This document shows, piece after piece, positions 29,256-38,078 of a stretch of 64,000 nucleotides of DNA. The notes below the pieces were generated by a model that ran no database searches, had not been told where the DNA came from, and saw only the letters and a list, made by a program, of their open reading frames with translations. How positions within the stretch are numbered: position 1 is the stretch's first letter; each line of letters begins with the position of its first letter. The DNA is from an uncultured Thiotrichales bacterium. Its GTDB lineage: Bacteria; Pseudomonadota; Gammaproteobacteria; GCA-2400775. The stretch spans positions 9,523 to 73,522 of the forward strand of contig CAZTYM010000007.1 in NCBI GenBank assembly GCA_964617475.1. The letters run 5' to 3'. The position numbers and the translations under genes are program-made.

Positions 29256-29519
29256 TTATTTGCCAGATTTGTTTTCTGTTTCTTTTAGCGCAGCTTCGAT
29301 TCTGTTTTTCGCTTCATCTGATAAGCCTTCGCCAGAACCATCTTTGCGTTTGATGAGAGTTTGGGTGGCCTGATTAAGCAAATTTAATTGCTTTGCATAT
29401 TGCTGGCAGCCCTTGCATATCATGATGTGCAATTTTATTCCTATACGATCGCGAAGACTGAGTTTTTCGTCTTGTGATTGCGCTACGAGTTCGGCCACTC
29501 TTTTACATGAAGGCAACAT
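29256..29519 (-). CDS. Small zinc-finger (zf-HC2) anti-sigma factor, no transmembrane segment
   Basis: 87 aa. It has the H-x3-C-x2-C motif (HIMICKGC). Its start is 5 nt downstream of the ECF sigma gene stop. Confidence 0.7.
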   Translation of the reverse strand: MLPSCKRVAELVAQSQDEKLSLRDRIGIKLHIMICKGCQQYAKQLNLLNQATQTLIKRKDGSGEGLSDEAKNRIEAALKETENKSGK

Positions 29520-29524
29520 AAATG

Positions 29525-30100
29525 CTATTCCGCGTTAAACCAGTGTTTGTCTAGGCAATCGCGCAAGCGTTTTCGCGTACGCGACATAATGACCCACAGG
29601 TTATTAGTCGTGGAAATGTTCATGGCCTTGCATAATTCTTCACTACTCATGTCGCTACTTTCTTTGAGCATAAAAAGCTTAGCTTGGTCGCCTGGCAATG
29701 CGTCTATGCATTGCTGGTAGATATTGAGAAATTCATCTTGTTGTAATGCTTTATCGGGATCGGACCAGTAGCTAACGTCTACGCTCCAGTGGCCGCGATC
29801 GTCGTAATCGCTATCCTCGGTAGATAGGGTCTGTTCAAGGCTTTCGCTCAGTTTCTCTTTGCCTGTTTTTCGGTAATGATCGATTATTTTGTGCTTCAAA
29901 ATGCCAACCAACCATGTTTTTATTGCTGAGTCACCGCGAAAATTCTGCTGAGCTTTTAGCGCGGCTAGTAAGGTTTCCTGAACGGCATCCTCAGCTGCAG
30001 ACTGATCACGCAAACGCGTTAACGCGTAACGATAGAGGTAATCTCCATAGTCTCTTAGCCATGCGGTTGGATCAGGAACCTGATGTTGGGCGTCACTCAT
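29525..30100 (-). CDS. ECF-type RNA polymerase sigma-70 family factor
   Basis: 191 aa. Region 2 is YLYRYALTRLRDQSAAEDAVQETLLAA...WLVGILKHKIIDHYR, and region 4 includes ELCKAMNIS. Confidence 0.9.
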   Translation of the reverse strand: MSDAQHQVPDPTAWLRDYGDYLYRYALTRLRDQSAAEDAVQETLLAALKAQQNFRGDSAIKTWLVGILKHKIIDHYRKTGKEKLSESLEQTLSTEDSDYDDRGHWSVDVSYWSDPDKALQQDEFLNIYQQCIDALPGDQAKLFMLKESSDMSSEELCKAMNISTTNNLWVIMSRTRKRLRDCLDKHWFNAE

Positions 30101-30186
30101 GGCAAAATTTTTCTAAACCTTCTTATAATTTAGCAGCTATAAAACGGTGATTATCCTAACATTTATAACCACTTAAGGGCTATCAA

Positions 30187-31329
30187 GTGAATTTAGATAA
30201 GTTGTTGCAAATTATGATTGATGAGCAGGCATCCGATCTGTTCATCAGCGTCGGTTCGCAACCATCGGTCAAAATTAATGGCGTGCTTTATTCGCTGGAA
30301 GGCCCTGTTTTGGATAGCGACACAGCAGAAAAACTTGTCTATGGGGCTATGCGAGATGAGCAAAAAGAACAGTTCGATAGAGAATTTGAATTGAATTTTG
30401 GCATTCTTCGCGAAGGTATTGGCCGTTTTCGAGCCAATGCATACCGTCAACAATATCGGCCCGGTATGGTTATTAGACGTATTGAAACTAATATTCCGAC
30501 TGTTCAATCACTGGGTTTACCCAATATTGTTGAACGTATGTCTATGGAAAAAAGAGGTTTAATCCTGATAGTGGGTGCAACCGGGGTCGGTAAATCGACA
30601 ACCATGGCCTCAATGGTAGGGCATCGTAACCGTCACGGTAGTGGTCACATAGTTACAGTAGAAGACCCTATTGAATTTGTTCACAGTCCGCAATGCTGTG
30701 TCATCACGCAAAGGGAAGTGGGCATAGATACGAAGTCGTATCAAATGGCGCTGCAAAATTCATTGCGACAAGCGCCAGATGTCATTGTCATTGGTGAGAT
30801 TCTCGATAGTACTACCATGCATCATTCCCTGGCGTTCGCGGAAACGGGCCATTTATCGCTAGCGCCACTTCATGCAGCAAATTGTTCACAGGCACTAGAG
30901 CGCGTCATCAATTTTTTTCCACGTGAACGTCGAGATGAGATATTGATGGATCTATCTCTTAACTTGCGCGCTATCATCGCGCAGCGTCTGGTGCCAACAA
31001 TCGATGGTGAAGGTCGCGAGTTGGTATTAGAAATTTTAACTAATAGTGCTTTAGCGACTGATTTAATTGCTCAGGGGCGCTTTGATGAAATTAAAAACCT
31101 CATGAAAAAATCTGCACAACATGATATGTGCACATTCGAACAATCACTTTATTCATTATATAGTGAAGGCAAAATATCTCAGGCAGATGCTTTGCAATAC
31201 GCGGATTCGCCGAATGAGTTACGACTGATGATTAAATTTAATTCAAACCAGGGTGCACGAGATGATGAATCTAAAAGTGGCCGGTTTTCGCCTTCAAGAG
31301 ACAAGGGCGCACCCTATTTTACTGGCTAG
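30187..31329 (+). CDS. pilU: Type IV pilus retraction-family ATPase PilU
   Basis: 380 aa with a GTG start. The Walker A GATGVGKST is the PilU form, whereas PilT has GPTGSGKST. The N-terminus and RQAPDVIVIGE, AETGHL and LHA regions closely parallel P. aeruginosa PilU as I recall it. Confidence 0.85.
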   Translation: MNLDKLLQIMIDEQASDLFISVGSQPSVKINGVLYSLEGPVLDSDTAEKLVYGAMRDEQKEQFDREFELNFGILREGIGRFRANAYRQQYRPGMVIRRIETNIPTVQSLGLPNIVERMSMEKRGLILIVGATGVGKSTTMASMVGHRNRHGSGHIVTVEDPIEFVHSPQCCVITQREVGIDTKSYQMALQNSLRQAPDVIVIGEILDSTTMHHSLAFAETGHLSLAPLHAANCSQALERVINFFPRERRDEILMDLSLNLRAIIAQRLVPTIDGEGRELVLEILTNSALATDLIAQGRFDEIKNLMKKSAQHDMCTFEQSLYSLYSEGKISQADALQYADSPNELRLMIKFNSNQGARDDESKSGRFSPSRDKGAPYFTG

Positions 31330-31389
31330 TCAATTTTAAGAAACGTTTTTATTGTTTATTATTCGCTCGTTCGTGGGTATAACACACGA

Positions 31390-32265
31390 TTAGCCTGGAA
31401 AAACTTGCTCAGCCTCAAACACTGGGCCATCAACACATACCCGTTTCATTGCCGGTCCTGATTCGGTTTGAACTTCTACAACGCAGCCTGCGCAGCCACC
31501 AACTGCACAAGCCATATACTCCTCTAACGAGACTTGGCATTCCAAAGAAAATTCTCGAGCGAGTTTGGCACAAGCATCAAGCATTGGGTGTGGCCCGCAG
31601 CTGAAAATTTCTATCTGTTGCAATTCTGCTATCGATAATGCGCTGAGATAAGCGCGACCTAGATCGGTTACATAGCCTTTAAAACAACCTGCGTAACCTT
31701 GTAAGCTGGCAAGACGGCTTGGTATTTTCATATCTTCGAGCAGTGTGATCGCATAGTTAACATCTTTGTCTAGTCCGGCAACATTGTGATCCGAAGGATT
31801 TGTCTCAAATGGATAAGGCACTTCTGAACCCATTAATACCAGCGGAGACTTACCTTCTGCTTTTAATCGCTCGGCGAGAAATATCATCGGTGGTATGCCA
31901 ACACCACCGCCTATGAGCAAAGGCATACTTTTGTCATTTGAAGCACTAAACGGGTTGCCTATAGGACCCATAGTGCTGATGGTTTCGCCTACTTGGCGTT
32001 GTGCTAATTGCTTGGTCCCTAAGCCGACATTGCGGTAGAGATACTCTACCCAGCCTTCCTCTTTGTTAGCACGCATGATAGAAAGTGGCCGACGCATCGG
32101 TAGGTCCGGCCCACATTGTAGATGTGAAAAGCTGCCAGGCTCGGCACGCTCAGCGCAGATAGGTGATTGCAGGCGTAAGATATATTGATCGGCATCAAAT
32201 CTTTCATGGCTAACTATTGTGGCGTGTTCGACGGCGATTGAGCCGCGGTATTCGGGATGTTGCAT
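31390..32265 (-). CDS. PyrK-like FAD/[2Fe-2S] oxidoreductase (dihydroorotate dehydrogenase electron-transfer-subunit family)
   Basis: 291 aa. It has the FAD motif RRPLSI, an NAD-binding region LLIGGGVGIPP, and the C-terminal cluster motif MACAVGGCAGCVV...RVCVDGPVF. Confidence 0.7.
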   Translation of the reverse strand: MQHPEYRGSIAVEHATIVSHERFDADQYILRLQSPICAERAEPGSFSHLQCGPDLPMRRPLSIMRANKEEGWVEYLYRNVGLGTKQLAQRQVGETISTMGPIGNPFSASNDKSMPLLIGGGVGIPPMIFLAERLKAEGKSPLVLMGSEVPYPFETNPSDHNVAGLDKDVNYAITLLEDMKIPSRLASLQGYAGCFKGYVTDLGRAYLSALSIAELQQIEIFSCGPHPMLDACAKLAREFSLECQVSLEEYMACAVGGCAGCVVEVQTESGPAMKRVCVDGPVFEAEQVFPG

Positions 32266-32364
32266 AAAATATAGAGCCTATTTTAAAACTACTGCGCTTG
32301 TTAATACTTCGTTAAAAATAAACTTAATATGCTCATTTACTAGTACGTAAACTGCGCTATTAAC

Positions 32365-32430
32365 TTTATTTTCGCACCACGGGCACTTCCTTCGGTCGCC
32401 TTGTCTTATCTGTGCTCGTGACATTTTAAA
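32365..32430 (+). repeat. Intergenic repeat element, copy B, with core GCACTTCCTTCGGTCGC at 32383-32399
   Basis: By eye it is about 80 percent identical to 4741-4797 over about 55 nt. Both copies end in ACATTTTA. A separate internal direct repeat ACTGCGCT occurs at about 32292 and 32351. Confidence 0.75.
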
Positions 32431-32440
32431 ACAGGCTCTG

Positions 32441-33736
32441 TCAGTCTAGTTGGTACACAATCTTACCGTGGCGAATAGTATGCGTGACCTGGCCCTGGAA
32501 ATCCCAGTGCATCATCGGTGTATTGTGTCCCCGGCTAACGATGTTCTCTTCAGTTAACTGCCATTCGCGCTGTGGGTCAAATATGCAAATGTCAGCTAAG
32601 TTGCCAACGCTTAGGTTGCCAGCGTCGATATTGAGTAACTCGGCGGGTTTAGATGTTAAAGCAGCGATCAAAGGCATTAACTCTATGCTGCCATCACTGA
32701 CCAGGCGTAGGCTCAGTGGTAATAGTGTTTCTAGCGCAGAGATGCCAGGCTGAGTCATTGGGAATGGCGAAAGTTTGGCATCGGCTTCATGGGGTTGATG
32801 GTCAGAGCATATACAGCCGACAGTGCCGTTTACTACACCATTACGTAAAGCATCGCGGTCTCTAATACTTCTTAGTGGTGGAGAGACATGGCAGTTGCTA
32901 TTAAAGTGGCCAATATCCATATCGCTGAGGTGTAGCTGGTGAGCGCTGACATCGGCAGTGACTGGTACACCTGTATATTGTGCTCGTGAGATCATTTGCA
33001 CTGCGCGTCCTGTGGACAAGCGGCAAAAGTGGACTCTGACGCCTATTTGCTCCACTAGAGCAAGAATTTGACTGACGGCGACGGTTTCTGCGGCAGCAGG
33101 ATTGCCTGCTAAACCTAAGCGCGTGCTGATTTGGCCTTCGTGGATGCAGCCTTCGTTGCGTAAAGCAGAATCTTCCGCATGAAGATGTACTACTAAGTCA
33201 CGGCTCGCTGCGTACTCTAATGCATGGCGTAATATTAAATTGTTCTTAAACGGTGCGTAGGCATTGCTTACGCCAACACATCCCGCTTTTTTTAACGAAC
33301 CCATTTCGCTAAGGCGTGCGCCATCAAGTTCTTGTGTCAGTGCACCTAAAGTGTAAAGGCTGATCATCCCTTGTTCTTCAGCCTTATCTTGAATTAATGT
33401 CGCTACTGCTGGCGTGTCGATCACTGGGTCGGTGTCGGGTGGGCAGCACAACGAAGTAATACCGCTGGCCGCTGCCGCTTGTGCTTCGGAGCTTATGGTG
33501 GCTTTGTATTCGAAGCCTGGCTCACGTAAACGTGCTGCCATATCGACTAGGCCAGGACAAGCGATTTGATTGGTCGCGTCAATGATGGTATCGGCATCGA
33601 AATTTTGCGGTATGTCTTTGCTAATAGAGAGAATTTTGCCGTCTGCAACAAAGACATCATATTGTCCTTGTATATCGTTTTTCGGGTCGATAACTGTGCC
33701 ACCGCGAATATGAATGCGTTGTTGTGGCTTGCTCAT
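32441..33736 (-). CDS. pyrC': Dihydroorotase-like non-catalytic subunit of aspartate carbamoyltransferase (PyrC')
   Basis: 431 aa with an amidohydrolase fold. The metal-binding HxH position reads VDMAARL, so both His are lost, as in Pseudomonas PyrC'. Its start overlaps the pyrB stop by 4 nt. Confidence 0.85.
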   Translation of the reverse strand: MSKPQQRIHIRGGTVIDPKNDIQGQYDVFVADGKILSISKDIPQNFDADTIIDATNQIACPGLVDMAARLREPGFEYKATISSEAQAAAASGITSLCCPPDTDPVIDTPAVATLIQDKAEEQGMISLYTLGALTQELDGARLSEMGSLKKAGCVGVSNAYAPFKNNLILRHALEYAASRDLVVHLHAEDSALRNEGCIHEGQISTRLGLAGNPAAAETVAVSQILALVEQIGVRVHFCRLSTGRAVQMISRAQYTGVPVTADVSAHQLHLSDMDIGHFNSNCHVSPPLRSIRDRDALRNGVVNGTVGCICSDHQPHEADAKLSPFPMTQPGISALETLLPLSLRLVSDGSIELMPLIAALTSKPAELLNIDAGNLSVGNLADICIFDPQREWQLTEENIVSRGHNTPMMHWDFQGQVTHTIRHGKIVYQLD

Positions 33737-34725
33737 TCCGCAGTCTCGCTACTTGGTCTCATAGTCATCGACATCACAGCCATTCTTATGGCAGTACCAT
33801 GACCGACTTGCTGCAAAATGACGGAGTGTTCACCGTCTGCCACGGCAGAGTCCATTTCTACACCGCGGTTAATAGGACCAGGGTGCATGACAATAGCGTC
33901 TGGCTTGGCGAGCGCGAGTTTTTCCAATGTCAGGCCATAGAGCTGAAAGTATTCGTGTTCACTGGGCAATAACGCGCTGCTCATGCGCTCGCGTTGTAGG
34001 CGTAACATGATAACGACATCAACGTTTTTTAAACCTTGCTCTAAATCATGGAAGACATGAACGCCAAGCGATTCTGCTGACGCGGGTATTAAAGTGCGCG
34101 GACCGATAACGCGAATGTCAGGTACGCCTAGAGTACTTAATGCATGAATTTGTGAGCGTGCTACGCGTGAATGCAGAATATCGCCAACAATGGCAACAGA
34201 GAGATTATGGAATTCTTTTTTATGTCGCCTAATGGTAAACATGTCGATCATTGCTTGGGTAGGATGGGCGTGTCGACCATCGCCAGCATTAAGCACGCTA
34301 ATATGGGGGGCGCAATGTTCGGCAATAAAATGTGCGGCGCCGCTACTAGGGTGACGGACGACAAACATATCGCAATGCATGGCTTCAAGATTACGTAACG
34401 TATCTAATAGAGTCTCGCCTTTGTTGGCTGCGGACGCGGGGACATTAATGCTCAATACATCAGCAGAAAGACGTTTTGCAGCCAGCTCAAAGGTGGTTCG
34501 TGTGCGTGTGCTCGATTCAAAAAACAGATTAACAACGGTTTTACCGCGCAATAGTGGGACTTTTTTGACTTGCTGGTTGGTAATACTGGTAAAGGACTCA
34601 GCAGTATCGAGAATTTCTACTAAAAGATCGCGCTTCAGGCCCTCAGTTGTCAGAAAATGACGTAGGCGCTTGTTGTTGTCGAGTTGAAGGTGTCGCTGCT
34701 TCATGGGTTCGGCGACATTATACAC
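33733..34725 (-). CDS. pyrB: Aspartate carbamoyltransferase catalytic subunit
   Basis: It has [14 protein letters not shown] and HPGP motifs. It lies in pyrR-pyrB-pyrC' order. Confidence 0.95.
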   Translation of the reverse strand: MYNVAEPMKQRHLQLDNNKRLRHFLTTEGLKRDLLVEILDTAESFTSITNQQVKKVPLLRGKTVVNLFFESSTRTRTTFELAAKRLSADVLSINVPASAANKGETLLDTLRNLEAMHCDMFVVRHPSSGAAHFIAEHCAPHISVLNAGDGRHAHPTQAMIDMFTIRRHKKEFHNLSVAIVGDILHSRVARSQIHALSTLGVPDIRVIGPRTLIPASAESLGVHVFHDLEQGLKNVDVVIMLRLQRERMSSALLPSEHEYFQLYGLTLEKLALAKPDAIVMHPGPINRGVEMDSAVADGEHSVILQQVGHGTAIRMAVMSMTMRPSSETAE

Positions 34726-34730
34726 AGCAT

Positions 34731-35240
34731 CTATCGATCTGTGACCTCGACTATGCTGATGCTTAGTGGTTCTGGGCCTTTGAGTTTGATTTGTTGTGTC
34801 GAATCAAGATTGAGTTGGCAGCCGACTATATCCGCGCTAATAGGTATTTCTCGTCCACTACGCACTGCCATGGCTGCCAGCGTGACACTCGCGGGCCTGC
34901 CATAATCGAATAATTCGTTGAGTGCCGCTCTTATTGTGCGGCCTGTAAATAGCACGTCATCAACAAGAATAATATGGCGATCGTCTACACTGAAAGGCAA
35001 GGTTGAGGGTTTGACTTCTGGACTCATGCCGATACGGCTAAAATCATCACGGTAGAATGAGATATCTAAAATGCCTAGCGGATCGTTAATGCCTTGCATT
35101 TGATGTAACGCAGATGCTACCCATACCCCACCAGTATGAATGCCAACCATTGCTGGGTTATTAATATTTCGCTCTGTTAAGTAAGCAGTTAATTGCTCGT
35201 CCATTTCTGCCAGCAATTGCTCGGGTGACTTAAGCTCCAT
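34731..35240 (-). CDS. pyrR: Bifunctional pyr operon regulator / uracil phosphoribosyltransferase PyrR
   Basis: It has the PRPP-binding motif [12 protein letters not shown]. The ATG at 35240 ([10 protein letters not shown]) gives about 169 aa, similar to Pseudomonas PyrR. The track ORF extends to 35291, inside ruvX. Confidence 0.9.
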   Translation of the reverse strand: MELKSPEQLLAEMDEQLTAYLTERNINNPAMVGIHTGGVWVASALHQMQGINDPLGILDISFYRDDFSRIGMSPEVKPSTLPFSVDDRHIILVDDVLFTGRTIRAALNELFDYGRPASVTLAAMAVRSGREIPISADIVGCQLNLDSTQQIKLKGPEPLSISIVEVTDR

Positions 35241-35715
35241 TACAGCTCCCATTGTTGGTATTAATTGGGGGTAAATCTTTCGGCTCCGCAAACCATGTTT
35301 CTAATATAAGTTGGGCGGCAATTTGGTCGAGTATAGTTTTGCGTTTCCAGTCGTCGCGACGAAGCGTAGCTTTAGTATTGCTCGGTAAACGGTGGCGTGC
35401 TTCCATTGAAGTCAGGCGTTCGTCACTATGAAACACATCGATTTTATAGCGCTTGGTCAGTTCTTGTGCGAACTGCTCGGCACGCTCTGTCATTTCCTGG
35501 CGACTGCCATCTAGTTCAAGAGGGATACCGACGACCAAGGCGTCGGCGCGCCAAGTATCAATGAGTTTGTCGATTTCATGCCATTTTGGTTCGCCGTCAT
35601 TGGCTTGCAAGGTGACCAAGGGCTGTGTGTTTCCGGTTAATTCTTGTCCCACCGCTACACCGATAAAGCTAGTACCAAAATCAAAACCAAGTAAAGTTCT
35701 TTCGCCTGCTTTCAT
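35230..35715 (-). CDS. ruvX: Putative pre-16S rRNA nuclease / Holliday-junction-resolvase-like YqgF (RuvX)
   Basis: The N-terminus LLGFDFGTSFIGVAVG is the YqgF signature. It overlaps the yqgE/algH stop by 4 nt. Confidence 0.9.
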   Translation of the reverse strand: MKAGERTLLGFDFGTSFIGVAVGQELTGNTQPLVTLQANDGEPKWHEIDKLIDTWRADALVVGIPLELDGSRQEMTERAEQFAQELTKRYKIDVFHSDERLTSMEARHRLPSNTKATLRRDDWKRKTILDQIAAQLILETWFAEPKDLPPINTNNGSCNGA

Positions 35716-36275
35716 GCGTGTCCTGGCACAGCTGACAGGCGTGTGATATCAACTCCCGCCTTGGTGGCAGCGGCTTGCCAGCGTTGTTCAACAGGGGTGT
35801 TAAAAAGAATTTCGCTATCAGCCGGACCACTAAGCCAGCTGTTCGCTAGCATTTCTTCTTCCAGCTGACCTGGGCCCCAGCCAGCATAGCCTAGCGCAAC
35901 CATACTATGAGATGGTCCTGTACCTTCAGCAATAGAGGCCAGAATACTGCGCGAGGCGGTCAGACCGATTTCTTCGCTGATATTAATGGTGGCTTCCCAT
36001 TCGCCAATAGGTTGGTGCAAAACAAAACCACGGTCACATTGTACTGGTCCACCTAAAAATACAGCGGAATCATTAATGCTGTCTTGTGATGCCGATAATT
36101 CCATATCCGTTAGTACTTCACCTAGGGTGATTGCCAAAGGTTGGTTGATGACGATACCCATTGCGCCTTCTTCATTATGTTGGCAGATGTAAGTCACGCT
36201 GCGTGAGAAGTTGGGATCTTCTAGCGACGGCATAGCAATGAGAAATTGGTTATTCAGTCGGAGAGGTTCAACCAT
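35712..36275 (-). CDS. algH: YqgE/AlgH family protein (UPF0301)
   Basis: 187 aa. It has FLIAMPSLEDPNFSRSVTYICQHNEEGAMGIVINQP, typical of AlgH/YqgE. It is in synteny with ruvX-pyrR. Confidence 0.9.
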   Translation of the reverse strand: MVEPLRLNNQFLIAMPSLEDPNFSRSVTYICQHNEEGAMGIVINQPLAITLGEVLTDMELSASQDSINDSAVFLGGPVQCDRGFVLHQPIGEWEATINISEEIGLTASRSILASIAEGTGPSHSMVALGYAGWGPGQLEEEMLANSWLSGPADSEILFNTPVEQRWQAAATKAGVDITRLSAVPGHA

Positions 36276-36317
36276 GTATTGTTATCCAAGTAGGCTAGTC
36301 ACGATCTGTATCATAGA

Positions 36318-37190
36318 TTATTTGGATGAAAAGCTACCAGTGCCCGCAAACTCCCATACTCGGCTGATAACTAAGACATCAGTGTCAGCCCGCATTTCCG
36401 TAGGAAAGGGAGCGAAGGGAGCTGCAAGTTTAACGATGCGAATGGCTGCATCATCAAGCAATTTTTTTCCTGATGATCTAACTATTGTAATGCTTTCTAC
36501 AGAACCGTCGGGATACAAGCCAACATCGAGCTTTAGCTTGCCGCTTAGTTTGCGACGACGTGCTTCTTCTGGGTAATTGAGGTTGCCAATTTTTTCGATC
36601 TTTTTCTGCCAAGATTCAAAATAGGCGGCATCTCTAAACTCTTTTGTCTTGGTTGTAATCAGCCGGCGGCGTTGGTCGCTGCTTTGCGCGGTTTTAAATT
36701 GGTCTATTTCGCTGCTTACGCTGGCCAAAGCCAAACTACGTGATACTAACTCGTCGGCGTTGGGTAGATTTTCTTTCGGTTTGATATCTTTTTGTGGAGA
36801 AGTTTCTGCTACAACGGCCTTTTCTTTTTTTACCGTGATAGTGTCGATTTTTTGCTGGCTGACAGGTGGAGCGCTGGCTTGGCGAATTTGTTGGTTTGGC
36901 GATGGGATTGGTATATCGACAGCTTGTGACGCTGGGCTGGCGGCGCTTTGGTCGAGAACCGCATCGTTACCGCCGTCTTGATTGGCCTGAGCGAGTACTT
37001 TTGCGTCAGTTTGATCTTGTTCGCTACGCTGGTGAACCAGGGTGATGTCCATCGTGTGGCGCGGAGCTTGGGAATAGTCTTGCGGAGAAAAGCTAATTCC
37101 TAGGACGACAAATGCATGCAGCAGCAGTGCGAAAAACAATGCTAGAGTTAAATGATCACTTCTTGGGTTCGCCGAAATTGCGCTATTCAT
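36318..37190 (-). CDS. tonB: TonB-family energy transducer (TonB3-like by position)
   Basis: It has an N-terminal anchor LALFFALLLHAFVVLGI and a Pro/Gln-rich linker. Its C-terminal TonB domain is NLNYPEEARRRKLSGKLKLDV...RSSGKKLLDDAAIRIVKLAAPFAPFP. It occupies the gshB-to-algH position of P. aeruginosa TonB3. Confidence 0.8.
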   Translation of the reverse strand: MNSAISANPRSDHLTLALFFALLLHAFVVLGISFSPQDYSQAPRHTMDITLVHQRSEQDQTDAKVLAQANQDGGNDAVLDQSAASPASQAVDIPIPSPNQQIRQASAPPVSQQKIDTITVKKEKAVVAETSPQKDIKPKENLPNADELVSRSLALASVSSEIDQFKTAQSSDQRRRLITTKTKEFRDAAYFESWQKKIEKIGNLNYPEEARRRKLSGKLKLDVGLYPDGSVESITIVRSSGKKLLDDAAIRIVKLAAPFAPFPTEMRADTDVLVISRVWEFAGTGSFSSK

Positions 37191-37701
37191 TTTGCAAATT
37201 GAGCTGCTTGTTGATCGCTAAAGCAAGACTACCATTGAATATGCCTGTAATAATAGCGACCGTTACTAGCACTGGCAGTAGGTGAAATAGCGCGTCATGA
37301 GGAATAAATAAGGCATAGGCGACCCAAAATTGCGCCAGAATATGCGCGATGGCTGCTATCACGCTATACCCCATAGCGCTAAGCTGTTGATTTAAAATAA
37401 GTTTAGCAGCACCTATTGCGATCAAGCTGGCACATGCACCACTGGCGCTAAGCATAAAAGTGGGTGACAGAAAGCTGCCAACAATGAGGCTAGCGATAAG
37501 GACACGTAGTGACGATACCCAGACCGCCGTACGCCAACCAAATTGCAAAAACACGACTATAGTGACGACATTGGCTAGTCCAATTTTTATTCCAGGTATT
37601 GGGCTGGGAATCGCACTCTCAAGTACATGAATGGCAATAGCCAGGGCGGTAAACCAGGCGATGACATGGTCGTGACGCTGGCTGGAAACGGTTGCATGCA
37701 T
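37183..37701 (-). CDS. Gx transporter family membrane protein (Hpre_diP_synt_I-like)
   Basis: 172 aa with 5 hydrophobic segments and no soluble domain. It has the family-typical pairing with a NusG-domain-II protein immediately upstream. The call rests on architecture and neighbourhood, not strong motifs. Confidence 0.55.
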   Translation of the reverse strand: MHATVSSQRHDHVIAWFTALAIAIHVLESAIPSPIPGIKIGLANVVTIVVFLQFGWRTAVWVSSLRVLIASLIVGSFLSPTFMLSASGACASLIAIGAAKLILNQQLSAMGYSVIAAIAHILAQFWVAYALFIPHDALFHLLPVLVTVAIITGIFNGSLALAINKQLNLQNE

Positions 37702-37715
37702 AAGTGCGTTAACGT

Positions 37716-38078
37716 TTAGAAATTAATGCTGTCATAGCGGCTGAGACTTTGGCCGATAACGCTTAAGCTTATGCGATTGGGTAGACAAGCACTGGCTTCA
37801 CCATTTTTACTTAACCAACCTTTGTGTATGCACTGTTTGTTTTTGCATGGTGATTGAATAAATGCGACTTTGCCGTTCTTAATTCGAATTAGACTTTCGC
37901 CTAATGATCCTTCGACACTGAGAGTATGGTCGCGCAACAACGAAAACTGTTGAGGTTTTTCATTCGCTACCTGCACGCTAGCATCGGTACCTCGATGGTT
38001 TGGCCCCCAAAAAGCGCTATAAAGAAAAGGCAGTGTTGCCAACGCTAGCACAATAACGATGATATCGGTTCGTCTCAT
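37716..38078 (-). CDS. NusG domain II-containing protein (DUF1312)
   Basis: 120 aa with an N-terminal TM helix. The motif SPCKNKQCIHKGWLSKNGEASACLPNRISLSV matches the DUF1312 pattern C-x4-C...G-W-I...C-L-P-N/H-R/K. Confidence 0.65.
   Translation of the reverse strand: MRRTDIIVIVLALATLPFLYSAFWGPNHRGTDASVQVANEKPQQFSLLRDHTLSVEGSLGESLIRIKNGKVAFIQSPCKNKQCIHKGWLSKNGEASACLPNRISLSVIGQSLSRYDSINF

Noticed and set aside
30187-31329. Calling this ATPase PilT.
   Set aside because: The Walker A reads GATGVGKST, which is the PilU form, and the overall sequence tracks PilU rather than PilT. No second retraction ATPase gene is adjacent.
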